Below, piece after piece: positions 1-10,767 of a stretch of DNA of 64,000 nt (within the stretch, counting starts at the first letter, position 1; the number at the start of each line of letters is the position of its first letter). This DNA comes from Balanoglossus misakiensis. Lineage: Eukaryota > Animalia > Hemichordata. The position numbers were made by a program, and so were the translations under genes. The notes below the pieces were generated by a model. That model had not been told where the DNA came from, did no database searches, and saw nothing but the letters and a program-made list of their open reading frames with translations. The DNA lies in NCBI GenBank assembly GCA_040954595.2, contig CM082595.2:9227918-9291917 (forward strand), in the 5' to 3' direction.

Positions 1-183
1 TCATGAATATTTCTTGGTTTCTTCGCGTATAAACTCAGGAATACTATGCCCCTGAAGCATCGGCTGGCTTTGATGCACGTTATCATGTTTTAATTAGTCA
101 AAGACCCACGGTAGCAAAGTAGGTAATTGTCTTTTTTTCACGCGTATCCTTTGGTCATATATTCTGCCTGCAGCCCCCAGCCC

Positions 184-499
184 TCGCTGCAGTTTGCAGC
201 CCCTCCATCTCCCCTGAACGAGTTTTGGTTTTGCCGATTGAAGTTGAATAACTGGGGAAAACGTAGGCAAAATCGACAAATACCGCGACATCCTTTGCCA
301 GGTAAGCGCTGTATGGGTTCCGGGACCGATTTGGCGAAAAAATTGTGGAAAATTGTGGACTGGAGACGTCTGGAGTGTAGAAATTCGCTCCGGGCCCAAA
401 TCCCGGTCGCTCGTTGTGCGGTTTAGAATAGCTGGGACCTGCAGCCCCGCAAAAACAAATATCGTCCAGGGGAGATGGAGGGGCTGCAAACTGCAGCAA
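184..499. mobile_element. Non-autonomous TIR element (MITE), Mutator-like by TSD length
   Basis: Inverted repeat GCTGCAGTTTGCAGCCCCTCCATCTCCCCTG(A/G)ACG at 186-220 and 463-497, continuing imperfectly inward; 10-bp direct repeat CCCCCAGCCC at 174-183 and 500-509. Confidence 0.7.
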
Positions 500-1233
500 C
501 CCCCAGCCCCACATTCGCTGATATAATTGTCACGTACCTCGATAGTTATTATAATTTTTAGTTAGAGACGGCCTTGTAGACTCGGAATTGTAGACTAGCG
601 ACGGCTCAGCTGGCATATCGTACCACTTTTTCTGTTACATTGCCGACCGGCCCGGCGCAACTACCGAGGAAAGATACGGGTGTGCTCGTGGGAATTGTCA
701 ACTACCCGTTCATCGTTCGACTGCTCAACACAGATCATTGATAACACAATGTCACATTTCGAACTAATTTTGAAATTCTGGATAAATTCTCCAAATATCC
801 TGTTAATCTGGGATTTTCTTCCATCACCTTGATGCAACTGTATCAGAATTTGTCTTTTAAGTTTATTCACACCAAAAAAAAACAACAACAGCCATTTCCT
901 GGAAATTGTCATGTTTTCTCTAAAAGAAATAAGCTGAACTTTTTTATTCAAAGGAAACGTTCAGCAATTTTTTTTCTCCCCAAAATTCAGGTGAATTTTT
1001 CACAGATTCTTTTTTCCCAGAAATTCTGCCGAAATCTACACTAATCACACACTTATTGGAAAGGTGTAACACAAAATATAGACTTTACAAACAAAAATCT
1101 AATGTTATACATTTATGAACCTCTTATTCACCAATATTAAATGTTTTCAAAGAGGAAATGTATTATTCACGGACTGGAATTTCGAAATTAGTTTGGAACA
1201 TGTTTGATGTGTTATAAATTGGTTTATTTTCAG

Positions 1234-1352
1234 ATTTTATGGTGGGCACTTGACAGTAATTGAGGGTTATTCTGAAAATCGTTATGCTGGAGCAGAGATT
1301 GTAAACCAGATTGAAGAGACTTCCAATGAAACAGCGAACCATGGTTGGATTG
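1234..1352 (+). CDS. Exon: C-type lectin domain, N-terminal part
   Basis: tttcag acceptor, gtgagt donor; FYGGHLTVIEGYSENRY...HGWIG (CTL motifs GGHL, EN, WIG). Confidence 0.85.
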
Positions 1353-1565
1353 GTGAGTGTGTCTTTTAACAGTGTTTGTCAGTGTTCCCAAATAATTTGT
1401 GGGTGTATCAAGTGTAAAAAATAACTGGTTTTGGAATTTGACAGTTTACAAGTAAGCACTGCATAGTAACACTTGAATGATAATTGTCTCAAGATGGTAA
1501 TTGAAAAGCCTATTTTTTACATCTCAATAACCTCACAAAATCTTGCTATTAAGTGACTCTGTATG

Positions 1566-1761
1566 CAGTTTTTCATCCAGATGGAGGGATGAGGGAATTC
1601 GCCCACTGTCAGCATGTTGGCACCCCCCTAGAAATTTGTCAAGGGGGAAATGGTGCCCCTTACAGACTCAGCGATGTCACTCATTCCCCTCCTTGCAAGA
1701 GTGCAACTATTCAAGCAAAGGGGGACATATCCCCCCCCCCCCCATCCTGGATGAAACACTG
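1566..1761. mobile_element. hAT-like MITE in intron
   Basis: TIR CAGT(T/G)TTTCATCCAG at both ends; CTGTATG flanks both sides (1559-1565, 1762-1768). Confidence 0.6.
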
Positions 1762-1797
1762 CTGTATGCATCTTCTTTCTTTATTTCCATTTTATAG

Positions 1798-2013
1798 GAT
1801 TTAGTGGACCCAATCGAGATGGCAGTGTGGAATATGATTATTCAGATGGCAGGAAAGGTAGTGTCTTTGATGGTCGATGGGCAGACACAGAACCTGATGC
1901 CTCCACTGGGCAATGTGTGAGGTTAAACCTCTTTGAAAATAATTACCCATTGTATCATGCAAGATGTGATGATGTCAGTCTGTCAATGTGTGAAGTAGCA
2001 GCTTGTGCTGAAG
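1798..2013 (+). CDS. Exon: C-type lectin domain, C-terminal part
   Basis: tttatag acceptor, gtaagt donor; YDYSDG...WADTEPDASTGQCVRL...ARCDDVSLSMCE; phase 1-1. Confidence 0.88.
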
Positions 2014-2129
2014 GTAAGTCTGATTCAAATCAGCTAGAATCTTCCCTTACTCGCATCAGGTCTTTACTTTTCTCGCACTGCTGTAGTCACCTCCCAATAT
2101 ATATACTAAGAGAGAGTGTGTGCAAAAGA

Positions 2130-2405
2130 GCGGGAGGGAGAGGCTGGAAGGGGAGAGTGAGAGGGGAGGGAGAGAGAGCTGGAGAGTGACAGGGAGGGAG
2201 GGGAGGGAGGGTGGTAGTGAGGGAGAGGGGGAGAGAGAACTAGAGGGAGAGGGAGGGTAGAGGGGGGTAGGGAGGGAGAGAGAGCTAGAGAGGGGTGGGA
2301 GGGAGGGAGAGGGGCGGGAGAGGGGAGGGAGAGGGGCGGGAGAGGGGAGGGAGAGAGCTAGAGAGGGAGGGGGAGGGGGTGGAAGGGAGGGAAGGAGAGA
2401 GAGTT
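2130..2405. repeat. Polypurine G/A-rich low-complexity tract
   Basis: Runs of GGGA, GAGAG and GGGGA with almost no pyrimidines on the + strand. Confidence 0.9.
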
Positions 2406-2653
2406 AGAGTCCCCTAAGCAATACAAGATATACTTGGAAGAGCTCACCACTAAAAGTTAAACAAGGGGGATCAGATCATGTGATGTCTCCTTGGGTGCAG
2501 AATGGTGTTATATTTGAAATTCAAAATTGAGGCCAGTTGTCGCTAGATAATTCCACTCATTAATTGTATGGTTATTTGTATGATCATCTCCTTTGCAACT
2601 AAAGACTACTTTTGAACTGTCAGCAGAAAGTCTGATCCTCAAAGAATTTTGTA

Positions 2654-2844
2654 CTGTAAACAGGAAATTTTCGCGAGCGATACATTTTTGCGAACTATGC
2701 GAGAGCCAAAAAAACGCGAAAATAAACAAGTTGTGTCAAAATGTTTTTCGAAGATAGCAATGCCGTGAAATATGAGGATGCGAAAATCAATCATCGCATA
2801 ACAGTTGCCACTTTTGATATCATGAAAAATTTCCTGTTTTACAG
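2654..2844. mobile_element. TA-flanked MITE (Tc1/mariner/pogo-like, TIR CTGTAAAAC)
   Basis: TA|CTGTAAACAGGAAATTTTCG ... AAATTTCCTGTTTTACAG|TA; same family recurs at least five more times in the window. Confidence 0.75.
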
Positions 2845-3157
2845 TATGTCATAAATATAAATCAGAAACAAAACTGGGCCAAGTATTTTAAGAATCTGGC
2901 ATCTGTCACACTGATAGTTTGAGCTTAGAGAATCATAATATGCGGTTCTTGGAATTTTCGGGTGTGATAAATGTCGTTTCAAAATTTTTACATTTGATTT
3001 ATACTAATACAAACATTGTTTTATACATGTACATTGGATACTCACTGTTGGTGAAGTAATTTTATCATCAATGAAATTTCGTCAACTTGATGAGCTGAAT
3101 CTTTATGACCATTCATCACACAAACATACTCTTTCTTTTTATTTTAATGATATTCAG

Positions 3158-3293
3158 GAACATGTGGTGGTTTGGAAACTGGTGAATCGGGGACCTTTCA
3201 CAGCACTGGATACCCAGATGATAATTATTACATTCTACAAGAATGTATTTGGACAATCCAGGGACCTGCAACATCCAGAATAAGTGCTCACTT
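3158..3293 (+). pseudogene. Exon: CUB1 first half, 3' end/donor damaged
   Basis: ttcag acceptor; GTCGGLETGESGTFHSTGYPDDNYYILQECIWTIQGPATSRI. The nearest GT donors are phase 1 (3284) or phase 2 (3294) but the next exon needs phase 0; read-through reaches TAA at 3295. Confidence 0.8.
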
Positions 3294-3586
3294 GTAAACT
3301 GTCAAATTCCAAAACCAGTTATTTTTTACAGTAAAACTTGCATAAACCACTAACTCTGTCTAATCTGGAAACCTGCCTATACAAAACACCTTTTCCCGTC
3401 CATTCGACATACAAACACTTTAAAAAAAAAACAGACACATGTATTAGATTTAAATTCATTTCAACTAAAAAAAAAATAATTTGATTTTTTTCTTCCTTAT
3501 AACAAACATGATTTTTGGTAAACTTTTGAATTAAAGGGCCATTATCTATAACTTCAGGCTAGTTTATCAGTAATTTTGTTTTGTGT

Positions 3587-4247
3587 TTATTACACCTCAC
3601 GTATTATACCGTTTTCGTGATTGGCTGAGACGCGCTCACGTGATATAGAAAAAAAAGTGATATAACATGGCTAGAGTTGATAAAGCCCTGTCGCGTGCGC
3701 TGATATTGCCCACTTGGTTGTTTTGGTGTTCTGGGCACGACTTCTGCGCGTTCCAAACTGTCGTTCAATGGCTTCCTTCACGATCAGTCAACTCCCGCAT
3801 CTATATGGCTTCAAAGCGACACACAGGCTTAACACCTGTTCTACTGGATGATATTTTACTGCAAACGGGCAGTAAATACACCAAAATCGCAACCAACAGC
3901 GCAGTATTTTCAAAATAATCTAAGTTCGAAGTAGGTATCGTATAATTCTTGGGAGATCGAGACATTTTACATTCTCAGCAACGTACGACATATGGACGCG
4001 AGTCTACATGCTACATGCTGCAGTGTATGTACGTTCAAATGTTCGGCGTAATAAAATTAATAACACATTATGCTCGGGCAACATCACGATTTGAAGCCTG
4101 CCCTCGGGCTGGTGATCTCTGACCAAAATATTGATGATACCCTCGCCTGCGGCTCGGGCATCATCAATATTATGGTCAGAGATCACCATCCCTCATGCAG
4201 GCTTCAAATCGTGATATTGCCCTCGCTATCATGTGTTATTATTTAAA
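3587..4247. mobile_element. Non-autonomous DNA element with long subterminal hairpin (Crypton-like, tentative)
   Basis: Imperfect inverted repeat with ~65-bp arms over 4077-4221, centred on CTCGCCTGCGGCTCG; CpG-rich relative to flanks. Confidence 0.5.
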
Positions 4248-4606
4248 TTAAACACTTTTTCTTGTTCCTCTCCTCATGAGTAACCCATCACACCCAGCTC
4301 TCTGCTTGTCAACGAGTCATGTGTATGTGTACTGACTGTTGTTATTATTTACGAATGTTTTCAAACAACAACAATGCCGATTGTGCCCTCATAGGTTTCG
4401 TTGAGAAGTTAAGACTATGGATTTAACTCTGCCCTGCGTAGCTGAACAAGAAACTATAATTGATACACAGAATAGAAATACTGAAAAATGCAAAAAGTTA
4501 CAGCTAATGGGGCTTAAGTCATGAAACTGTGTTTATTTTCATGTATATTGGCTTGAGACAGCTCACTATTTATGATGTGTGTTGTGACATTTTTTATTCT
4601 TTTCAG

Positions 4607-4808
4607 TTTCTACATTTTGACACTGAACTTTATCATGATACTGTTGTCATTGTCGAGGTGTCTGTGTTTGACCCATCCAAAGTTCTTGCCACATACAGTG
4701 GACCGGACCAGCCTGATGAAGTTATTAGCAGTGGTAATGCAATGTTGGTGAAATTTCTCTCAGATAGTTCGCATACTGCTACTGGCTTTGAAGCATCTTG
4801 GCAAGCAG
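4607..4808 (+). CDS. Exon: CUB1 second half
   Basis: tttcag acceptor, gtaat donor; FLHFDTELYHDTVVI...SSGNAMLVKFLSDSSHTATGFEASW; phase 0-1. Confidence 0.85.
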
Positions 4809-5101
4809 GTAATACCAAGTTTTATACATAATGTAAAACTGGAAATTTTCGCAAACGATAAATTTTCGCGAACTACACATAAACTTTGCATGTGTGGACA
4901 CAAGGCAACTAAAAGCATTAATGCTCTGTGTTTACCTTAGGCAAATAGTGTCTCTGAAACGTTTCGAATTTTACCCTACGTGAACCTGGTATAACATTAT
5001 AGATTGCACATGTAGGCAATATTTGCCCTACCTCGACTGTGATCTTGCTGATGTCCTGTTTGTGAAGTGTTTCTGTTAAGATGACTTCTTCTTTCTTTCA
5101 G

Positions 5102-5253
5102 TGTATTCTTTGTGTGGTGGGAATTTCATAGCACAGTCATATAAACAGAATCTCAGCAGTACAGAATATTTTGAAGGCAAGAATTATCTCAACAATGAAG
5201 ATTGTAACTGACAGCTGGCATCATTCACAACAGAATTTGTTGTCACTTTACAG
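5102..5253 (+). pseudogene. Exon: CUB2 first half with premature stop
   Basis: tttcag acceptor, gtagtg donor; LCGGNFIAQSYKQNLSSTEY...NYLNNEDCN*QLAS...VVTLQ with TGA 5209-5211 at the conserved C-x-W tryptophan. Confidence 0.82.
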
Positions 5254-5622
5254 GTAGTGGATTCAGATGCAATTAATCGTGTGAGTTGTTTTACAGCATG
5301 ACAAAAATTAGTAATTATATTTTTAAAAATACATTTTATTTTTGTCATTTCTGGTCAATTCTCAGTAGTCACTTTTCCGATTTCTTAAAATTTGGTTTAC
5401 AAGGACCTACAATATTTGTTATTATGGTGTACATAAACATGTGACAAATATCAATACTGGGGAGGAGGGGGGTGGGTAGTTTTAGACATTTTTGGTCCAA
5501 AAGTCCACTTATGTCAGAAACGGCTCTTCCAGTTGTTTTGGATTTTGGTTTATTGGGATGTGAAAATATTCTTTATCAGATGTATTCTTATATTACCTCA
5601 TCAATGCTAAAGGTGTCCTTAT

Positions 5623-5898
5623 AGGGACGAAGTCTCTCTCTCTCGCTGCCCTTTTCCCATTAATTATGTTTGATACAAGACACCGTTTATGTTATTCTAC
5701 ATGAGGATATATAGTGAATCAACATTCGACCACACACACCTTCCATCCCATTTTTAGGATATGAGAGTAAAAATCTCGCCCAAAATGAAGCGGGATGGAA
5801 TGTTGATTCACTATATATCCACATCTAGAATAACATAAACGATAATCAAACGATAATTAATGGAAAAGGGGCAGCGAGAGAGAGAGAGACTTTGCCCC
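5623..5898. mobile_element. Palindromic MITE, TTAA-target family (Kolobok-like)
   Basis: AGGGAC(A/G)AAGT...ACTTTG(T/C)CCC ends, long internal inverted repeat; same family at 6301-6649 and 51579-51925. Confidence 0.7.
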
Positions 5899-6013
5899 TT
5901 AATGGTTTTGTGTAGGAAATTGTGATCACTATGATTGTACGGTATGTCACATTTAAATGTACATAGCAAATAGGAGCAAAGTGTCTTTGATGCTATTTTT
6001 TATATCTTTTCCG

Positions 6014-6215
6014 TTTATCTCCTTTGCAACAGAAGATGGGGCTGATCAAGTGTCTGTATACGATGGCGCTGAACTGAATCCTGCCCTCAGACTTGCTTTA
6101 TTTTCTGGGATGGAGTTACCCAATGTCATCATATCTTCCAAAAGTATGATGAGAGTTGACATTAAGAGTGATGATGCAGTTACAATGAGAGGTTTTCATG
6201 TACATTACTGGGCAG
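6014..6215 (+). pseudogene. Exon: CUB2 second half, acceptor mutated
   Basis: FISFATEDGADQVSVYDG...FSG...SSKSMMRVDIKSDDAVTMRGFHVHYW; the pyrimidine tract ends in CCG (6011-6013) rather than CAG; gtaggt donor intact. Confidence 0.8.
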
Positions 6216-6300
6216 GTAGGTAACGCATTCAAATTGATCAAGACGTTGTTTGAATGAAGAGGCAATCAAGGATTCATGATGCAAGAGAACAATGTTTTAA

Positions 6301-6649
6301 AGGGACAAACACTCTCTCTCGCTACCCTTTTTCCAGGAATTATGATGATACAATACAGCGTTTATGTTATTCTACATGTGGATATATATTGAAACAACGT
6401 TTGACCACAAACAACTTCCATCCCACTTGTAGACACAAGAGTGAAAAAACTCGCCAAAATGAATAATTTGTCTCTACCGTTTATTCATTTTGGCAATATT
6501 TTTACTCTCATATCCTACAAACGGGATGGAAGTTGTGCGTGGTTGAATGTTGATTCACTATATATCCACATGTAGAATAACATAAACAGTGTCTTGTATC
6601 AAACATAGTTAATGGAAAAAGGGCAGCGAGTGAGAGAAACTTTGTCCCT
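6301..6649. mobile_element. Palindromic MITE, TTAA TSD (Kolobok-like)
   Basis: TTAA|AGGGACAAA ... TTTGTCCCT|TTAA; nearly the whole element is an inverted repeat. Confidence 0.8.
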
Positions 6650-6767
6650 TTAAATCACTTAAAATCATTCCCAAAGAATTTCAACCCAGTAAGAATTGTA
6701 AGGATCACAGATCTATCTTCTTTTGCCATTCTTTCTGGAAGTTTATAATATAAGCTAATCTGATACT

Positions 6768-6990
6768 GGGTCATTATGGAACTTTTTAACAGAAAAAATA
6801 ACAAAATGTGAAAAAAGTTAAATGAGTTTAATTTGATAACTACATGTATAACGACAGAAAGGTTTGACCTAAGGAAGTCATATACAGTTAACAGTCATTT
6901 CTTCTGTCGCGTACGACTTTTTATCCAGAAGGCAATTATTATGTGATTTGATCCCCTAGCACAAAATAAAAGGCAGCCAGGATTACACCA
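6768..6990. repeat. Interspersed repeat fragment
   Basis: GGGTCATT...AACTTTTTAACAGAAAAAATAACAAAATGTG also found at ~44024-44250 and ~50529-50760. Confidence 0.6.
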
Positions 6991-7027
6991 AACCTGTGGA
7001 TTGAATTCATTATTCCTTGTTTGGTAT

Positions 7028-7775
7028 TTTTAGCTTGGCTGTCACTTGTGTCAGCCAAGCTGTAGCAGTAGGTTGATAAGTGTCCGTCTGTCGTCCGGCG
7101 TCCGTTGTCCGTCGTCCGTCAACTTTCGGTATTTCAATCTTCTTCGTTAAAACGACATTGCATATTTAGCTATAATTTGGTAGGAATGTGTGTTATGGTG
7201 CCCCTACCTGATTTTGTAAATTTGGATTTGATGGGGTCATAAATATGCAAATTAGATCTAAAATAGAATGTTGGTCAAACATTTTCTTCTCCCTAACTAC
7301 ATGTACGATGGAGCTGAAATTTGGCAGGAATGTGTGTTATGGTGCCCCTACCTGATTTCATAAATTTGGATATGATCGGGTCATGAATATGCAAATTAGA
7401 TCTAAAAATATAATTTTTGGTAAAAAATCTTCTTCTCCCTAACTACATGTACGATGGAGCTGAAATTTGGTAGAATGTGTGTTATGGTGCCCCTACCTGA
7501 TTTTGTTTTATTGGAATTTTGATCGGGTCATGAATATGCAAATTAGTACCTTGGTACTTCCTTTTGATGTTGTTCTTTAGGAATAAATTCTTTCTTTCTT
7601 TAGCACAATGAATCAGGCTGAATGTGGATATTAAATACTTGTGATGTCTATGTTTGGTTTTGTTTAATAGAATACAATTGTTATGATTAAAACCTAGGGT
7701 ATTCATATCATTGCCCAGCTATAGGTTTCACTGTTAAAGTCAGCAGAGCTCTTTTGACCGATAGGTCACTTGTTT
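7028..7775. mobile_element. Helentron-associated (HINE/DINE-like) non-autonomous element with ~145-bp internal tandem repeats
   Basis: TTTTTAGCTTGGCTG...CAGCCAAGCT hairpin, (CGTC)n microsatellite, ~2.5 copies of a ~145-bp unit, distal short hairpin TGACCGATAGGTCA followed by CTTGTT. Confidence 0.65.
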
Positions 7776-7783
7776 CTTTAAAG

Positions 7784-7968
7784 GTTGCCAGGGAATTGAA
7801 ATTCTGCGTAGTTTTGGCACGATTCAGTCACCAGGGTATGATGTTAGCACTTACCCTGATGATGTTATGTGTAGCTGGTTAATCAAGGAACCAACTGGAA
7901 GACCATTAACTCTTATCTTTGATGAGAACTTTGGATTAGAGAGGAACACAGATGTTGATTACATCATT
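7784..7968 (+). CDS. Exon: CUB3 first half
   Basis: tttaaag acceptor, gtgagt donor; GCQGIEILRSFGTIQSPGYDVSTYPDDVMCSWLIKEPTGRPLTLIF; phase 1-0. Confidence 0.88.
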
Positions 7969-8135
7969 GTGAGTATCAGATATGATCATGAGTCAGCCAT
8001 GTTAAAAATATTTGTCATATTAAAAAATTTGTCATATTATTTTGCAGTGATTTTAGTTTGACAATTTTGGCAGACATTACTTCAAACTATACAACTTTGG
8101 AACACAATTTGGAAATTTAATTAATCACATATATA

Positions 8136-8341
8136 CTGTAAAACGGGATACTTTTGCAACATGAAATTTTCGCGTTATCAAAAGAGGCAAGTGTTATGCA
8201 ACAATAACTTTTCACGTTCTTGTATTTCACTGCATCATTATCCCCGAAAAACATTTTTACGCAACTTTTTATTTTCATGTTTTGATGGCTCTCACGTAGA
8301 TCGCGAAAATTTATTGTTTGCGAACATTTCCCATTTTACAG
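8136..8341. mobile_element. TA-flanked MITE (CTGTAAAAC family)
   Basis: TA|CTGTAAAACGGGA ... TCCCATTTTACAG|TA. Confidence 0.75.
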
Positions 8342-8387
8342 TATGTTGAGTAGCTGTTACAGCAGGAAATGCAACAAGGATTGAATA

Positions 8388-8582
8388 CTATAAAATTTTC
8401 GTGAACGATAAATTTTCGTAAACTATGTGAGAGCCAAAAAATATGAAAATAAAAAGTCGCTTAAAATGCTTCAGAGATAACAATGCAGTAAAATATGCCA
8501 ATGTGAAAATTAATTGTCGCGTAACAGTAGCCACCTTTGATATCGCGAAAATTTCCTGTTGTGAAGATTTCCCGTTTTACGG
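8388..8582. mobile_element. TA-flanked MITE (same family, degraded)
   Basis: Similar to 2654-2844; ends CCCGTTTTACGG|TA. Confidence 0.6.
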
Positions 8583-8621
8583 TATTTACAATGCATGCTT
8601 AATTTGTCTTTGTTTCTGAAG

Positions 8622-8805
8622 GTATACAATGGTACTGAGAGTGATGATGATGTCATTATTGGTCCATGGAGTGGCAATTCTGATGGAGTCATTGATGGCA
8701 CTGTGCCACCACCCGATTGCCGTACAGACATTGGACACTTTTCGGTTGTGTTCAGGAGTAGTAGAACACGACCAGCTAAAGGATTCAGGGCTTCATTTTC
8801 ACCAG
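8622..8805 (+). CDS. Exon: CUB3 second half
   Basis: ctgaag acceptor, gtacac donor; VYNGTESDDDVIIGPWSG...FSVVFRSSRTRPAKGFRASFS; phase 0-1. Confidence 0.85.
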
Positions 8806-8814
8806 GTACACATA

Positions 8815-9021
8815 CTGTAAAACACTTTATTTTCACGAGTTGAAATTTTTCGCGACATCGAGAGAGGCCACTGTTTCGCCAGTGTTAATTTTCGCGTTCT
8901 CTTATTTCATTCATTGCATCTTTATCTTCAAAAAAATTACGCAACTTTTTATTTTCACGCTATTTTGGCTCTCGCGTATTTCGCGAAAATCTCTTGCTCG
9001 CGAAAATAAAGTGTTTTACAG
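8815..9021. mobile_element. TA-flanked MITE (CTGTAAAAC family)
   Basis: TA|CTGTAAAACACTTTATTTTC ... GAAAATAAAGTGTTTTACAG|TA; close copy in opposite orientation at 40068-40265. Confidence 0.8.
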
Positions 9022-9242
9022 TAACTTACTAACATTTCAGAAAAAGTTGTTACAGAATTCTTAGAAACACACTCTCCCTTTATTCCTTGTGATTTAGAGT
9101 CATTAATTGAAAGGTGCAAATGTTTTTGAATTTTTACGAAACTTCAAAGAGCTGGAAAAACAGAGACAGTAATTTCTTACAATTGCAATGCAATTTTGGA
9201 CCATTGACAGGAATGGCAACACTCTTGTATCACACTCAATAA

Positions 9243-9466
9243 AGTGATGGGGTCGTCGCACTGCGTTTGTTTGTTTATAAACATTGCAATTCATCCACAA
9301 ATCCCTGAAATTAGACAGCCACGACGTACTAGGATCTTCAGTTGCTGTCATGGACAGTCTAGGATACTGTCAGCTGCTTCGTTCATTCTAAGAATTATCT
9401 TATTTGAGGGATTTGTGGATGAATTGTAATGTTTATAAACAAACGCATTGCGACGACCCCTTCACT
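9243..9466. mobile_element. Palindromic MITE, TTAA-type ends
   Basis: AGTGATGGGGTCGTCGCA...TGCGACGACCCCTTCACT|TTAA with ~60-bp inverted arms. Confidence 0.7.
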
Positions 9467-9541
9467 TTAAAACAACTGACATTTATGAGTTTAAGTATTT
9501 GTCTGCATGCATTCTTATCATTGTGATCCTTGTTCTGACAG

Positions 9542-9595
9542 ACTGTCCCGAAATTGTGATTAGTGAGGGCGTGGTGACCAGTACAGAGATAGAAG
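9542..9595 (+). CDS. Mini-exon: truncated sushi/CCP start
   Basis: ctgacag acceptor, gtatga donor; DCPEIVISEGVVTSTEIE; 54 bp, phase 1-1. Confidence 0.6.
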
Positions 9596-9886
9596 GTATG
9601 ATGTCTCTGTCTCATTCCAATGCTCGGACGGTTATCCAGTAGTTAAAGGGGATGTCCGGTCTAGCTGATATCTACATAATTTTGTAGCTTTGAGGTCACT
9701 CTTTCAGGAAAAAAAAACATTTTCGCCGTGTATAAGTCGTACCAGCTATGCAAATATGCCTAGCCTGGTGTCTTGTATCCAAGATAATTAATGAAAAAAG
9801 TGCAGTGATGAGAGAGACTTAATTTGTCTCTTGAATCTATTGTTAGCACCAACTTGAATGACACTAATTTGTTGTTTATTTTTTAG

Positions 9887-10066
9887 GAATAACATGTGGT
9901 GGACCCCCTGAGTGCAGCAATGGAATTCTTACCAATGTTACCAGTACAGTGTATGGTGGCATTGCTTATTATCAATGCATTGAGGGCTATCAGTTTATAA
10001 ATAATGTGTCTTCATTGGAATGCCAAGCAGATGGTGTCTGGGGTCCACTTGTGCCCCAATGCGAGC
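9887..10066 (+). CDS. Exon: sushi/CCP domain
   Basis: ttttag/gtaagt; ITCGGPPECSNG...YGGIAYYQCIEGY...LECQADGVWGPLVPQCE. Confidence 0.88.
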
Positions 10067-10169
10067 GTAAGTTGATATTTTTGAAAACAATTAAACTGCC
10101 ATTGTAGTGCACACTTAGGAGACGGATTTTCAGAAAAATGTTAGTCCTCTGAACCTTTCAGTGCTTTAA

Positions 10170-10469
10170 AGCCACTAGAGCTGCCACTTTTTGCATTTAT
10201 TTTCAGATTTTATTTTCCGACGTAGATTGGTACATTGAAATAATTAAGCTTACTGATAGGGATACAAGAACATGTCATCAATGCCTGATTGTGGCTGTAT
10301 ATTGCAATTTAAACGTGCAATGTATTAAACAGGTGCCGTACCCATTTTATTAAAATCAGCCTCCATACAAACAGTATGCAGCTAGCTATCGTGGTATGCA
10401 TCACCATAGATTTGAAAGGTTTTACTGTGGAAAAGAAAAAAATTGTGAAATTTGGCAGCTCTAGAGGCT
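10170..10469. mobile_element. MITE with TTAA TSD (Kolobok-like)
   Basis: TTAA|AGCCACTAGAGCTGCCA ... TGGCAGCTCTAGAGGCT|TTAA. Confidence 0.75.
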
Positions 10470-10767
10470 TTAAAGTGTGTGATGAGTCGTTTTGAAAACA
10501 AAGTATAACACAGGGTGTTCACTGTCATGTTTTCATAAAAATCACTGACTCAAGTTGAAATTCTCTCCATAGCGTTATGATGGGGCACTTTGTGCTGGTT
10601 GCTACATTCCACATGGGTGTCTAATTGGGACATTACACACTGAATGTTAAACCAGACACTGGTAACTTGAAAATATGCAGGATTGTGAGGGTTACTGCAT
10701 GTCCCTTTAAACCATTTTCCTAGTATTAACACACTTGTAATGTTATCTGTTCATCTTATCCAAACAG

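Noticed and set aside
94-514. Three overlapping ORFs sharing LQFAAPPSPL
   Set aside because: Product of the MITE inverted repeats.
5209-5211. Selenocysteine or alternative genetic code
   Set aside because: The position aligns to Trp rather than Cys, no SECIS was recognised, other Trp codons are TGG and adjacent exons have independent lesions.
8161-9064. Short hydrophobic ORFs (also 2508-2729, 11572-11886, 40096-40374)
   Set aside because: Translations of the TA-flanked MITE family.
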